DNA of 64,000 nucleotides from Picochlorum sp. SENEW3 (lineage: Eukaryota): positions 806,001 through 870,000 of the forward strand of contig CP120456.1 in the NCBI GenBank assembly GCA_034226945.1. Reading direction: 5' to 3'. The translations under genes were made by a program, and so were the position numbers. Of this stretch, positions 11,837 through 23,817 are shown piece by piece (position 1 is the stretch's first letter; each line of letters begins with the position of its first letter). The notes under the pieces are model-generated. The model was not told the DNA's origin and made no database searches. It was given only the letters and a program-made list of their open reading frames with translations.

Positions 11837-12162
11837 CGCCCAACCTGTCCATCAATCAATATCACACCACCACCTGTATTGCCCCTGGTATGGTTTCTTT
11901 CACGTGGGCTACTACTGAATATTTTAATACAAGATATGTATCAATACATGTACATCTAATACACGTGTCTTCATCGTACCATGTATTATTAAAAAAATGG
12001 CCAGTGCCCCTTGCTGACCAATCATCATGATGCCCATCTCTCTTGCAAGAGTCAAATGACTTCATTGTTCTTCTCTTCTCGGCATCACTGCAGCATGTTT
12101 TACAACATTATTGTTTAAAATAATATTCAGAGAAGCAAAAAAAGCACAAGGGATTAGAAAGC

Positions 12163-12491
12163 ATGACAGCGTTGCAGAAATTCGGCACATTTGGAATTTT
12201 AACCTGTGGGTTCTACATGGCCATCTCCAGGGGACTGCATTCCTTCTTTTACGATTTAGATGAAGCGTACGTGTATATATATCATGAAAAACCCCTCGTA
12301 TTCCTATTTGTTGGAATACAAAAAAGGGCTTCTGTCTCTTTTTCTCAAAAGACCATGAACATGTATATTACGAACAGCACGCCTGATCTTCATCTATATC
12401 CTGATGCAGGAGACCGAAAAGACTGCAGCAAGTGGAGATGGATCGACAGATTCAGCAAGCTATGCGCTCTGCAGCACTGAACGAGTCGTGA
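12163..12491 (+). CDS. Small 61-aa single-TM protein (exons 12163-12266, 12410-12491)
   Basis: GC|gtacgt...tgcag|G splice gives MTALQKFGTFGILTCGFYMAISRGLHSFFYDLDEARPKRLQQVEMDRQIQQAMRSAALNES*. Confidence 0.6.
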
Positions 12492-12628
12492 ATACGTTTT
12501 TAATGTTTTAATCAAGATATTTTGGGGGCCTTTTTTTGTTCTTTTTTACAGACATTGTTGTGATTCGGTGGACGCAATGCCATCATTATTCGTAATATTA
12601 GTATAGTATGTAAAAGGTTGATGGTAGG

Positions 12629-13411
12629 ATGATGATTTTGGCGAGATGTCGTCAACAGAGCGAGGCACTCTGTGTGCTGTCGAGTCGAGTGTCTAGGTTG
12701 CAATCCAGTGTCACGGAGCCTTTGTATGGGAGTATATATCGTCACGATGGTGACGATGATATCCATCATGGTGCCAGTAGCAGCGGTAGTCGTGGTCGTT
12801 GTAGCAGTGGGATGAACGGTGGTTCCCATGGAATTCGTCAAGCATTGCAGGGTGGTTCTCTCAGGCAGATGTCTTCGTTTCAGTTGCCAGGGTGGGGGTC
12901 TGATGATCGTTCGACAGGAGGTGATGATGGGGATGGTGTGTATTATCATGAGCGCAAGCTGCTCATGGGGGTGTCTCAAGAGGACATGTATTCTGTTGTT
13001 ACAAATGTGGATGAGTACGAGTTTTTTGTTCCTTGGTGTCAAAAGTCTGTTGTGAAGAAGAAGAATGATGGATACATGGAAGCGGAACTTGAAGTAGGTT
13101 TTCAGATGTTTGTGGAGCGGTATGTGAGCAAGATTCAGTTTGATTTTCCTCATCAGGTTAAGGCACAGACTGGTGATTCAAGTCTTTTTTCTCATTTGGA
13201 TAGTTGCTGGAAACTAGAGCCTGGTCCGACGAAAAAGTCTGTATGGGTGGATTTTGAGATTGACTTTGCGTTCAAATCAGCATTGTATAGGCAGGTGGCA
13301 AATGTATTTCTGGATGAGGTGGTGAAGAAGATGATGGGGGCGTTTGAGGAGCGGTGTCGGGAGAAATTCGGAACGACGATGCGGCATCGTGAACATGAGA
13401 GAAATGTATAA
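12629..13411 (+). CDS. COQ10: Coenzyme Q-binding protein COQ10 (START/polyketide cyclase fold), mitochondrial
   Basis: MYSVVTNVDEYEFFVPWC, AELEVGFQMFVERYVS, LFSHLDSCW, FEIDFAFKS; Arg/Ser-rich presequence. Confidence 0.92.
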   Translation: MMILARCRQQSEALCVLSSRVSRLQSSVTEPLYGSIYRHDGDDDIHHGASSSGSRGRCSSGMNGGSHGIRQALQGGSLRQMSSFQLPGWGSDDRSTGGDDGDGVYYHERKLLMGVSQEDMYSVVTNVDEYEFFVPWCQKSVVKKKNDGYMEAELEVGFQMFVERYVSKIQFDFPHQVKAQTGDSSLFSHLDSCWKLEPGPTKKSVWVDFEIDFAFKSALYRQVANVFLDEVVKKMMGAFEERCREKFGTTMRHREHERNV

Positions 13412-13412
13412 T

Positions 13413-15806
13413 TTATTCGTCATCAGATTTTTTATATACAACAGCAGTCCTGCTGGGAGCCAATACTTGCATGGACTGGTCTCTATCGCAATAGTCTCCT
13501 GGTTCTGTAAAATGATCAACATCGTGCCCTACTCGGCCCATGCCTCCGACGTGCAGGGCATCGCTGTCCAAAATTACTCTGTATTTTCCTGGTTCAGGGA
13601 CAGGTATACGCAACCCTTCGAATGTTTCGAATGGGTTGAAATTGAATACAAAGAGGAGTTGCCCTCTCTCTGCTACAATGACCTGTCGTTCGTTGTCAAT
13701 CATCGTCACCCATTGGATTGGGGAGGCAATGAACGGGTATTTTGAATCCATTTTGAGGCAGTCCTGATCCCATGCATTGAGATGAGAATATCTCAGGTGA
13801 CCAGAGTCAACAAGGTCCCATTGCCTGCGGCAATGCTTGTAGCTCCAATCATTTCCCTCTCTGGGGAAATCTATCCATTCTGGATGCCCAAACTCATTGC
13901 CCATAAAGTTTAGGTATGCTTCTCCTCCTAGAGCCATGGTGATCAGGCGGATCATTTTGTGCAGAGCAATGCCACGGGCAATGACATCAGAGGCTGGTTG
14001 AAGTGAACTCATGCCATCATACATCTCGGCGCCCATGAGACGGAAGGCGATGGTTTGGTCCCCGACAAGCGCTTGATCATGTGATTCGGCGTATCCTACG
14101 GTTTTTTCAGTATATCGTCGATTGCACAGGGTTGATACGAGTTCTGACATGCTCCAATCTTCATCACGGACATGCTTTAGCATTTTGATCCAAAAGTCTG
14201 GTAATCCCATGCCAAGGCGGTAGTCAAATCCAACACCTCCTTCTGATACTTTACGACAGAGTCCTGGCATGCCTGACACATCTTCTGCAATGGTAATGGC
14301 TGATGGAACTAGTTCATGAGTGAGTTTGTTTGCCAGCATGAGATAGACAATGGCATCAATGTTGGTCGACATGGAGAAATATTCATTGTAATCTCCTGAA
14401 AATCCGACATCGATACCATGATGGTGGTATAACATTGAAGAGACGCCATCAAAGCGGAAGCCATCAAAATTGTACTCGTCCAACCAAAATCTGACATTGG
14501 ATAAGAGATATCTGAGAGTTTCATAACACCCATAGTCCAACAATTTCGAATCCCATTGTCTATGGTACCCTGCATCTCCTTGAAGGAAATAATTTTGCCC
14601 CAGTCCTTGTCCTACATCGAACCCTGCCAGACCGTCGTCCGCATTGCTGGAGATATGGGAGTGGACAATATCCAAGAGCACATGGACGCCATGTTTGTGA
14701 GCTGTGTCAACAAGGTACTTCAAATCTTCCGGAGTTCCTGATCGTGAACTGACAGCAAATGGATTGGTGATATGATAACCAAAAGATGCATAATAGGCGT
14801 GCTCTTGAATGGCCATCAGCTGTACGGCATTGTACCCGAGATCCTTGATTCGAGGAATCACCCTGTCTGCAAAGTATCGGTAGGATGCCACCTCTTCCTT
14901 GTCCGAGGACATGCCAACATGAGACTCATATATTCTCAACGATTCATTTTTTTCAAATGTCGGCCGTGAATATTTAAACGTAGAATACTTTTCTTCATCT
15001 GGTGGGTTCCAAAAGATTCCATCATACTTGGCACCCATCTTTCCAGGCTCCACTGTTGCCCACGTAATCCATGCTGGAATCCTGTCCAACCACCAACCAC
15101 CTGGATGCTGCAATCTGATTTTCACTCTACTTTTATGTGAAATCGCTGGCTTCCCATCCACTGCAATCATCCACAAAAAAATCAGCAAATGATGTTGGTT
15201 GTGAGACATGCCTCTCACACATCAAGAATACATGTATAGTCACATACCATCAGGAATCTCGACACTCCACACACCGAAATCATCTCTCGTCATGGTCATA
15301 CCATTCCAACCATTAAAATCTCCAATCAATTCGGCAGCCAGCGCACCAGGTGCCCACTCTCTATAGACAGTGCATCCATCCCCCCTTGTGAATCCAAACC
15401 TCTCAAATCCCTTTGAAAACTCCTCCAAACTGTCTTCATACATTTCAATACTCATCAGAGTCTTTTTATATTGCTCCAACCTAAAGTCGAAATGCTCTGC
15501 ATACTCGGCCATTTGAGTATCAGACTCGAACAACTTCCTTGGATCAGGGAAATGGGAGTGTGTACTGCCAGATCCTGCCACAGGTGTTGAAGAATGAGCC
15601 TGAATCCCATCCCTGCCGCATGGCATCCTCATATGATGACGATGGTGCCCACTCCTACCTCTCTGAACTGAGATAGATCTATCCCAAGACGATCGACGAC
15701 GTGTGCTGTCTCTCGAACAGAATAACACTGCACCTGGCCTGGTGTGATTCTGACAGAATGTGAACAATTGAGCTCTGTTCTGAACCTCAGCAAACCCTCC
15801 CGGCAT
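13413..15806 (-). CDS. SBE: Starch branching enzyme (GH13), plastid (exons 15806-15248, 15160-13413)
   Basis: YREWAPGA, IYESHVGMS, AIQEHAYYASFGYH, DGFRFDGVSSM, AEDVSGMP, YAESHDQALVGD, FMGNEFGHPEW. Confidence 0.97.
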
Positions 15807-16020
15807 TATGTGTACCCAATAAATATAATATGTATCAATTATAGTGTCATATGAATCGATCAGATTTTCATACAAGCCACAGCACGTGGTATCGTTGAGT
15901 TTTCTGGGTTCACTGAAACTCCGTAATAAGACGCTTTAAAGACGAACGAACTCATCATCCATGATGCCTCCAGAGTGACGGCACATTCAGCTGATTCTCA
16001 TTCCAGTATCACAATCGATC

Positions 16021-17088
16021 ATGTCTCGTTTCGTTGTGACCCCCAAACCAGCCATGGGACGATGTGACCACCATGCTGTGCTTTCCACATGTCCTGGAGC
16101 TCCATGGAGCAACGTCCAAATTGACAATGTATGCAGTCTGTGGAAAGGATATGGTCATGTATATCACATTGAAGCAAATGATTGCGACAATGTGCGTCGC
16201 CATGTCATTATCAAGCATGTTGACATTCCTACAACCTCAGCTTCAGTTGAATCATTGTCTGAGGATCATGTGAGAAAGGTACATTCATATGCCGTTGAAT
16301 CCGTGTTTTATAAGGAGTTGTCAGAGTCTATGATTCAATTTGGGGTGAATGTCCCCAGCAAGTATCATGTGGAAGGAGAGATTGGACGGCAAGGTGGGAC
16401 CATGAGCATTGCCATGAGTGATCTGCAAGACCTTGGTCCATATTATCAACGGAAAGCGAATGTGTTGGATATGGAAGAGGGAAAAGCGTTACTCGAGTGG
16501 TTGGCTCGGTTCCATGCTGTGAACTGGAAAGCTGCACCGATCGAAGGAGGGACGATGGGACTGTGGAATGAGGGTTCTTTTTGGCAGTTGGGATCTCGTA
16601 CAACAGAATTTGGGCAAATAGAGGATGACTGGCGGATACTGCACGAGATTGGAGAGTACGTCCATGAGCAATTGCAACATAGCTCCTTTAGAACCGTGAT
16701 ACATGGCGATGCCAAGTCGGCGAATTTCTTCTTTTATGAGACTGGTGGTGGTGAAGAGAGAGGCTTGAGCATTGCAGGATACGATTTTCAATACTGCGGT
16801 TTTGCAGACGGCATGCGCGACGTAGCATATGTTCTTTGCTGTAGTATACGGCCAGACCTTGTCGAAAGACATGAGAAAACACTGTTGATGCACTATCACC
16901 AAGCATTATTGGCTCATCTTGAACAACACCATGCCAACGAGTATACATATGATGAGCTCCAGAAACACTTTGATCTGTGTGTTGTGGATCTAGCACGATT
17001 CATGTCTGGCTCTCGATGGTGGGGAAACATAGACTATATTCACAGAAAAACAAAAGAATGGATATCATGTCACAACAGTAGGATCTGA
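16021..17088 (+). CDS. Choline/ecdysteroid kinase-like (APH/CHK fold) phosphotransferase
   Basis: SYAVESVFY, LARFHA, IHGDAKSANF, YDFQYCG..DGMRDVAY. Confidence 0.85.
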   Translation: MSRFVVTPKPAMGRCDHHAVLSTCPGAPWSNVQIDNVCSLWKGYGHVYHIEANDCDNVRRHVIIKHVDIPTTSASVESLSEDHVRKVHSYAVESVFYKELSESMIQFGVNVPSKYHVEGEIGRQGGTMSIAMSDLQDLGPYYQRKANVLDMEEGKALLEWLARFHAVNWKAAPIEGGTMGLWNEGSFWQLGSRTTEFGQIEDDWRILHEIGEYVHEQLQHSSFRTVIHGDAKSANFFFYETGGGEERGLSIAGYDFQYCGFADGMRDVAYVLCCSIRPDLVERHEKTLLMHYHQALLAHLEQHHANEYTYDELQKHFDLCVVDLARFMSGSRWWGNIDYIHRKTKEWISCHNSRI

Positions 17089-18693
17089 TTACGATAAAAA
17101 GAGGGTTTTAACGACTCCCACGACACTCATGATGACACCCAGGACGACGCAAACACCTCCCAAAATATTATCCTTCATGCCAGAGCCATGAACACTCAAG
17201 ATGAGAGCGCCTGGTAAAATATACGAGACGTAGACGGCAGCTGTGGCACCTGTCAAGCTCATTGCTTTCCACACATTGGGGAACAAAATGGACACCAGGT
17301 ATTCAACAAAGACAATCGCGTAACTTTTCCACAGAAACCCATTTCCTTGGAGCATACGAACTCCGAAAATCAGATTTGTGAGCGTTTCTCTGAGAGCCCA
17401 ATTCAGCATGGCAAACGTAGACTGCAGCAACATGAAACACGAATGATGAGGATGACAGATACCAGTACAAGTCAGCACACAAGATGAAATATCATACCAT
17501 GAGACAAACACAGTACGCTAATCTAATTGCAAAACAAAGGAGAGACGCAGCGACAGGAGAAATGTATTCTTCTACAGCCTCTGGCCGTAAATTGAGAAGA
17601 ATATTGGCCTCTGTTGAGGACCCGAACAAAAGCACACCAGATACAGCCAGAACCGAGAACAACACAGTGCAAATACTCAATGCCCGTCTGATAACCATTG
17701 ATATACGACGCTCTGTAAACCGCTCCAAATTATTGGCCTGCATAGCATTGTAAATCGTTAGTATGTGTCACAATGCTCCATGATTCACATACACGTACCA
17801 CTGGAAGTAAATTGTAATGACACACGAAACTCATGGTAATCACCGGAAGAATAGATAAAAGAGTAATAACAATCTCCGACACAGTATCGCCCAATAAAGC
17901 TTTGTTTGGCAGCCAGTTGAAATCTCCCAACTTGCCTTCAAATCCAGCAGCACCCGCAAGCAAGGCAACAGATGATACCAAACAACCAGCAACAATCACC
18001 GCCACTGTTGACATTGGCCCCAGCATTTTTAAATTACGCAATGACACCAAAGGTCCCAAGAATGCGACACAAACAATGGCCATCTACAGAACTCATGTGT
18101 AGTCAGGACATGTACACAACACACAATAAGAAAGAAAGAACACCTACCACAAACGGTCGAGATACCCACCACACATCCCCACTGTGTATTCCAAATAAAT
18201 TTGTAATAATACCACTGTAATGCGGTGGTGCTCCAACCAACACATCCCCCATAATGATGAGATAAATAATCATACTCCCACTGTTGTTGGCAATAATTGC
18301 AAAGTCCAAAGATCGAGCCCCAACTTTGCCAAACTGTGAGTTTGCTAGCTCATCATACGTCCAACATTCGGCACTTGTTGCAGCACGAATCAACGCAGAC
18401 AGTGAAAACATGGCCAACCCAAAAATCACCATGAAAATAGCCATCCCAGGAATCAGTCCAAGGGCTGCAAACGCTCTGGGAAGGGCAACAATGCCTGCAC
18501 CCACAATAGTCGCAGCCAATGCAGCAGTAGAATGATTCAATCTCACATTTCCATTCGATGGCCCGTTCTGAATCTCCTGTCGATAGTATTCAGCAGCTTC
18601 CCCAACAGCGTCCTCATAGTCGCTATCGTCGTAGTTGTAGTGGTCTTCTGGTTCCAACAAATGGGACTCTACGTCCTTTTTAGATTGCGTCAT
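17089..18693 (-). CDS. Amino acid transporter, AAAP/SLC38 (AVT6-like), multi-exon
   Basis: LAATIVGAGIVALPRAF, IIYLIIMGDVL, SFVCHYNLLP, LTGATAAVYVSYILPG distributed over several ORF pieces separated by GT-AG introns. Confidence 0.9.
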
Positions 18694-18959
18694 TGCATTA
18701 AAATATTACATTCTGTATGTCGAAATGGATGGAGGACCAATGTGCTAAAACCCTTGCGAATGATTAAAAAAAAACATTGCAAGGCGCCTTGTCATCACAG
18801 CCAGCTTGTGCAGGACCCACATATAATGTGGGTTAATTTACATGTTTACAGATTCATTTTGCCTCAATATTGTTTTGGAGACCACCTCAATCATAAACAC
18901 ATACATATACCTGCGAAGAATTGGTTCTTGAATTGAACTACAAACCATGTCTGAATGTA

Positions 18960-20555
18960 TTACACATCAATAACCGATCCATCACTAAGGTTGATTCGTT
19001 GATCTTCAAATGGCTTCATGTTGGGTGCCAGGAGACGCGTGTATCGATCAAAGTACAATACTTGCTTGATCAAGAGGGCAAACTCTCTAGGGAATTTGAC
19101 ACCATTCTCCTCACCTACGCGGACAATATCAATCAGGAACCTGTTGACGGCCTCATTGTCTGCAGCTATTGTGGCAGCTGTTGCTCCATCTTCAACAGAG
19201 ACGATCACTTCTGTATCTATTTGCTGCAGGCTTTCCGCAAGAATTTTGAGATCTCTTGCAAATTTATCAATATCTACTTCCTTCTCGGCAGCCCCAATGG
19301 TCACGAGCGCTTTTGCCATGGTGACATAATCCCCTGTGGTGGTGGCACGCAGCAAGGCTTCCACAGCCCTCCATGTCGTTTGTGAAATCTTCCCAACGAT
19401 ACCAAAGTCAATAAAACCTACCCGTCCGTCGGGAAGTATTAATAAATTTCCTGCGTGGACATCCGCATGGAATGATTCTGCTCCGAGCAGAGACCCCAAC
19501 CAAACATTCAGGGCATTGACAAGAACAAGCTCAGAATCCACCTTGTTTGATGTTTGTCGAATAGCTTCCAAGTCCACGAGCGGCGCACCGTTCAACTTTT
19601 CCATCACCATGACTTTTTCAGTACAATATTGTTTATATAAATCTGGGCAGGTGGCGATCCCCCGGAGACCATTTGTGTCTAAATATCGTGCAAACTGCTC
19701 TACATGCATGGCCTCCTTTCGAAAGTCTACTTCATCCATCATTGACGATCGAATATCGCCAACGATATCCGCCAACGATATGCGAGACAGATCTGGCGAC
19801 AATATCTCTAAAGACTTGGACGCAATATACAAAAAGTTCAAATCTGTAATCAGTGTGTCCTCCACACCAGGCTTGCACACCTTGATTACCACCTCCTTTC
19901 CACTTCCCCGAAGCACAGCGGCATGCACTTGTGCGATTGATGCCGTCGCAAGAGGTTCAGGATCAACCGACTCAAAAATATCTTCCACCGGAACGCCCAA
20001 CTCCTTCTCAATAATCTTCCGTATCGTCGTAAATGGCACTGGGGGAGTTTCATCCAGACACTTTTGAAACTCCATCACATACTCTTCTGGAAATATCGTC
20101 GGAGATGAGGCGATGAATTGCCCTAATTTAATATACGTCGCCCCAAGCTTTTCAAAGAGTTTTCGTAAGATGACCTCGGGGCGATCCGCCGTCTGAGTGC
20201 GCTGCAATCGTTCCAATTGCTCCCTTCCAACAGAGATGAAAGCCTGAGCAGCCTGGGCACCTCGGCGAAGCCCTTGAGGTCCACTCTGAATCGCCAGACT
20301 CAATGCCTCTTGCGACAGTTTTTGAAGCTCCATAATCTGTTTACTAATTCTCTCGAAATCCGCCCGACTGGACGTTGACGTCGAGCTTGTGGTTGAGGCA
20401 GAGGACCCAGCTGATCGACACAGAATCACCGCAGAATGCCCTTGTTGGAATCCATGCGCCTTTCTTCTATGTATTATGGTATTTTTTGATCGAACAAGGG
20501 CAGCAGTACTGCTATACTGCGACAGACGACGCAACAGCAAGGTACCTCTGACCAT
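18960..20555 (-). CDS. ABC1/UbiB atypical kinase (ABC1K family), organellar
   Basis: LGATYIKLGQF, PLATASIAQVH, VVIKV, FHADVHAGN, FIDFGIVG. Confidence 0.95.
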   Translation of the reverse strand: MVRGTLLLRRLSQYSSTAALVRSKNTIIHRRKAHGFQQGHSAVILCRSAGSSASTTSSTSTSSRADFERISKQIMELQKLSQEALSLAIQSGPQGLRRGAQAAQAFISVGREQLERLQRTQTADRPEVILRKLFEKLGATYIKLGQFIASSPTIFPEEYVMEFQKCLDETPPVPFTTIRKIIEKELGVPVEDIFESVDPEPLATASIAQVHAAVLRGSGKEVVIKVCKPGVEDTLITDLNFLYIASKSLEILSPDLSRISLADIVGDIRSSMMDEVDFRKEAMHVEQFARYLDTNGLRGIATCPDLYKQYCTEKVMVMEKLNGAPLVDLEAIRQTSNKVDSELVLVNALNVWLGSLLGAESFHADVHAGNLLILPDGRVGFIDFGIVGKISQTTWRAVEALLRATTTGDYVTMAKALVTIGAAEKEVDIDKFARDLKILAESLQQIDTEVIVSVEDGATAATIAADNEAVNRFLIDIVRVGEENGVKFPREFALLIKQVLYFDRYTRLLAPNMKPFEDQRINLSDGSVIDV

Positions 20556-20730
20556 GATTCGTTTCTCCTTCTTCTTCTGGAAGAATTCGCGTAATACTCT
20601 AGGGAAAACAGTAAATAATAATAATAACCAGTAGTTTTTTCGTCTACCCTTCTTACAATTATTACGAATACCGGTAATTAAGAAATACCCAGAGCATACG
20701 ACTGACGGAATCAACATTCAATTCCTGTAC

Positions 20731-21446
20731 CTAGACCGTATATCTTTCCTTGGCCCTCTTATCAGCTCGCTTTGCATCGGCATGCACTAAATATCCCAAC
20801 CTGGCATTTTCTGGCATCCCAAAAATCTCCTTGAGCTGCTTTCCGATGCTAATCTGCGCAGCCTCATTGCTAGCTGTCTTTGTCCATACAGCAATTCTGT
20901 TGTTCTTTGGTCTGACATTCACAACAATACCACAAATCTCATCCCCCTCATCGAATTGCTCCCCAATGCATGCCAACACAGCATGAAGCCAATTCGTATC
21001 CAAAAGCTGCGAATTACCCTTTGGCAAAATCGCCGTCCACTTGCCTCCATGCTCACAGGCAGGGTCTTCCCACTTTGGCTCCACCCCTTCCTTGAACAAA
21101 TGCAGGTCACTCATGTTGGCCAATCTACTCGGAGGAATGATATTATTATACAAGCACCAAAAGTCCTCTACAGTGTCAAATGTATAGACAGCTCTGAGCG
21201 TCTGCCCCCACTGGGACTGGGACTGCTTCTGCTTTCCATCTGGATTGTCAAACCACAGGGTCCACTTGGACTCCAGAGGGTGCTTCTCGGAGAAATCTGG
21301 TTCACCTATACGAATAAAGTATTGATAATGTTAGAATATACGACACAGGCGTCAATTCGAAGAAACCACAATGCAGCCGACCAACCTTGAGCAGACTCTT
21401 CCACTGGTGCCTCAGCCACGGGCTTTGCTGCTTCAGTAGCTGACAT
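20731..21446 (-). CDS. EIF4E: Translation initiation factor eIF4E (one intron ~21385-21306)
   Basis: HPLESKWTLWFD, FWCLYNNI, LFKEGVEPKWEDP, IGEQFDEGDEICG. Confidence 0.96.
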
Positions 21447-21875
21447 CTTCTGATTCAAGAACAACAAAGTACTGCTATTCTAGTACAATAGTCTCGTTCG
21501 TGCGGACGACGAAGACGGAAGGTCCGAGTGACACGTCGCGACGCTCTTCTCCCTTCTCACGCGTTGATGCTCGATTCTGTGTAGCAGAAATACGATGATA
21601 AATGTTTGGATTATTTTAAACACCCACACAAGATGTGGTTGTGTAGGATTCAAACAGGCCATGGGTGGGCCACCACCGCCACTAATTCTTGCGACGTTGG
21701 TATTTCTTTCCCATTGACTAGATCGTCTCATGGGAAGATACATGGCACAGATGCATGCAGCATGTTGTTTCATCTCATGATGCCCTGCAGGGCTCATCAG
21801 TGTACTGATACGACGATCTTTATAGCTCTAGTACGATGATTTCACACGAATATTAAATACATGAAGATGGATTAC

Positions 21876-22669
21876 TTAATCAGTCTTATCTGTATGCGTT
21901 ACTTGGGTTTCCTCAGACACCCTGCATGTCACACATGACCAACCAAAGTAATATTCTTTCTATCAATGTGTACAGATTCAAAAAACAACAAACGTACGCT
22001 GGGGCTGATGAGACATATGAGGTGTAATAGTTCCACCCAGCTCCCATCCACAGCGATGATATTGATGCAACAACCATTGGTTGGATGGCACTCTTAACAG
22101 ATACAGTCTTGTACACAAACACTTCGATGGAAAAATGGAGCAATGCGATGAGAAAAGATCCTAAGGTTGCAGCTGCAATGAAATAAGATGTACGATTCAG
22201 AAGCGGTATAGGGTATGTGCAGGCTAGAAAGAAGGAGAAAAATACGAGGGAAGCACGTACAGTATATTGGGACAACAGATGGATTGCGTGCACACAAAAG
22301 ACACAACATACAGGATGTCAACGTCCATGTCGCAAAAGTCCTGGCTTGCAACTCACTCACTGCATCATATACATATATATGCACACGTAGTGACAAGTTG
22401 TATCGAATCATACTATCTGAGAGAGAAAAACAAAAACCAAAGCAAGAAGAAGGAGTACAATTCAAACCCACCTTGCGCCGAATCTCCATTGTACAGATTG
22501 GCAGCCAGAGTGTCTGGATAAAAATATCCCAAAACAACTGTATATGTAGGTAAGACTGATGTGAAGAAGGGCGCATGAGACATCGTCTGTTTCATTCAAA
22601 CGTACCTGAAAACACCCGAAGGATGGCTACAAACTGAAGCCAACGACTCAGTGCACTCACCGATGGCAT
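21876..22669 (-). CDS. ERG28: Sterol biosynthesis scaffold ERG28, multi-exon
   Basis: SELQARTFATWTLTSC.LC, ATLGSFLIALLHF.IEVFVYKT, PMVVASISSLWM. Confidence 0.9.
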
Positions 22670-22862
22670 ATTTCTTCTTATCACGTTATAATTTTCTATA
22701 TACTGTTGTTCTATACTTTGGATTGGGCGTGGAGATGGCATACCATCTTGCCCTTTGTGAAGAGAGATTCTAAATGCGTCTGATCGGAATTATGTATATC
22801 GAATTCTTTACAGTCGCTCACACACAAGCCACTGGAGCATCCATAATTTTCTACAATTGATC

Positions 22863-23723
22863 ATGGTGTTGTCATCCTCTGCCTTGACGCACCAATCGAT
22901 GGGGCTGTCACCCTCAGCGGCGACGACAAGGTCTCGTTCTCAGTTCCACCACCACACCCACAACTCGGGCACTGTTTTGACTCGAGCGATGCATTCGATG
23001 CATGCAGATGGGGACAGGAATGATGTCGACAGTAGTCGAAGGCAAGCTCTCCTGGCATTGTCGTCGAGCATGCTTGTCCTTCCGGGACTGGTGGGAAATG
23101 GATTGGCTGAAGAGCCTGTCAAGAGTGCGTACGATTTCGAGCTTCAATATCGCGGAGATCCCTTTCCCTTGAGTCAATACAAAAACAAGGTGACTGTATT
23201 TGTGAATGTGGCGTCAGAATGACCCTTATCAAACGTAAACTACCCTGGGCTACGGTACTTGTTGGAGAAATACCACAAGGACGGTTTTGAGGTGGTTTGC
23301 GTGCCTTGTAATCAGTTTGGTGGTCAAGCGCCTGGAACATCTGAAGAAGAGAGGCAAGATGCTTTGCGAAAGTTCGGTACGAGTGATATCACGGTGGTTG
23401 ATAAAGTTCTTGTGAATGGCCCAGATGCCCATCCTTTGTACAAGTATCTGAAAGCAGAGCAGCCCGTGTCGCTTCCAAATGCTGCTGGAAAGACAGCTGC
23501 GGCCATGTTATCCAAAGATCAGGGTGCAATTGAATGGAACTACACAAAGTTCTTGTGCAATTCTGCCGGGATTCCTGTGAAGCGGTTCAAATCTGGTTAT
23601 GATCCAGCAGAATTTGAGGGCGATCTGAGACTGCTCTTGGCCGGGAAGGATCCCTTGCCTGCAGAATGCGCCATGCATCCTGGAAGAATTGTGTGCAAGG
23701 TTGATCGATTGTTGGAAGGGTGA
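22863..23723 (+). CDS. GPX: Selenocysteine-containing glutathione/thioredoxin peroxidase (UGA at 23220-23222 read as Sec) with bipartite plastid/Tat signal
   Basis: ORFs 22857-23222 and 23259-23723 share one frame: VNVASE-UGA-PLSNVNY...PCNQFGGQ...IEWNYTKFL; the UGA sits exactly at the catalytic Cys/Sec position. Confidence 0.9.
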
Positions 23724-23751
23724 AAGAAGAAACTACATGGAGTGTGACTAT

Positions 23752-23817
23752 GGAGTCAGGCACATGGACATTATGACGGAGGATTCAACCTCTTGAGACT
23801 TCTGTGCATGCTTCTCC
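23752..23817 (+). promoter_or_regulatory. Candidate SECIS-like hairpin in the GPX 3' UTR
   Basis: AUGA-N10-AA spacing at 23773; UGAC/UGAG quartet closing GGAGG/CCUCU; lower helices GCACA/UGUGC and GGAG/CUCC; upstream of TGTAA at 23881; upper helix shorter than canonical. Confidence 0.45.

Noticed and set aside
23220..23222. GPX as a pseudogene with a premature stop
   Set aside because: The only interruption is UGA at exactly the catalytic position and all other motifs are intact, which fits selenocysteine.
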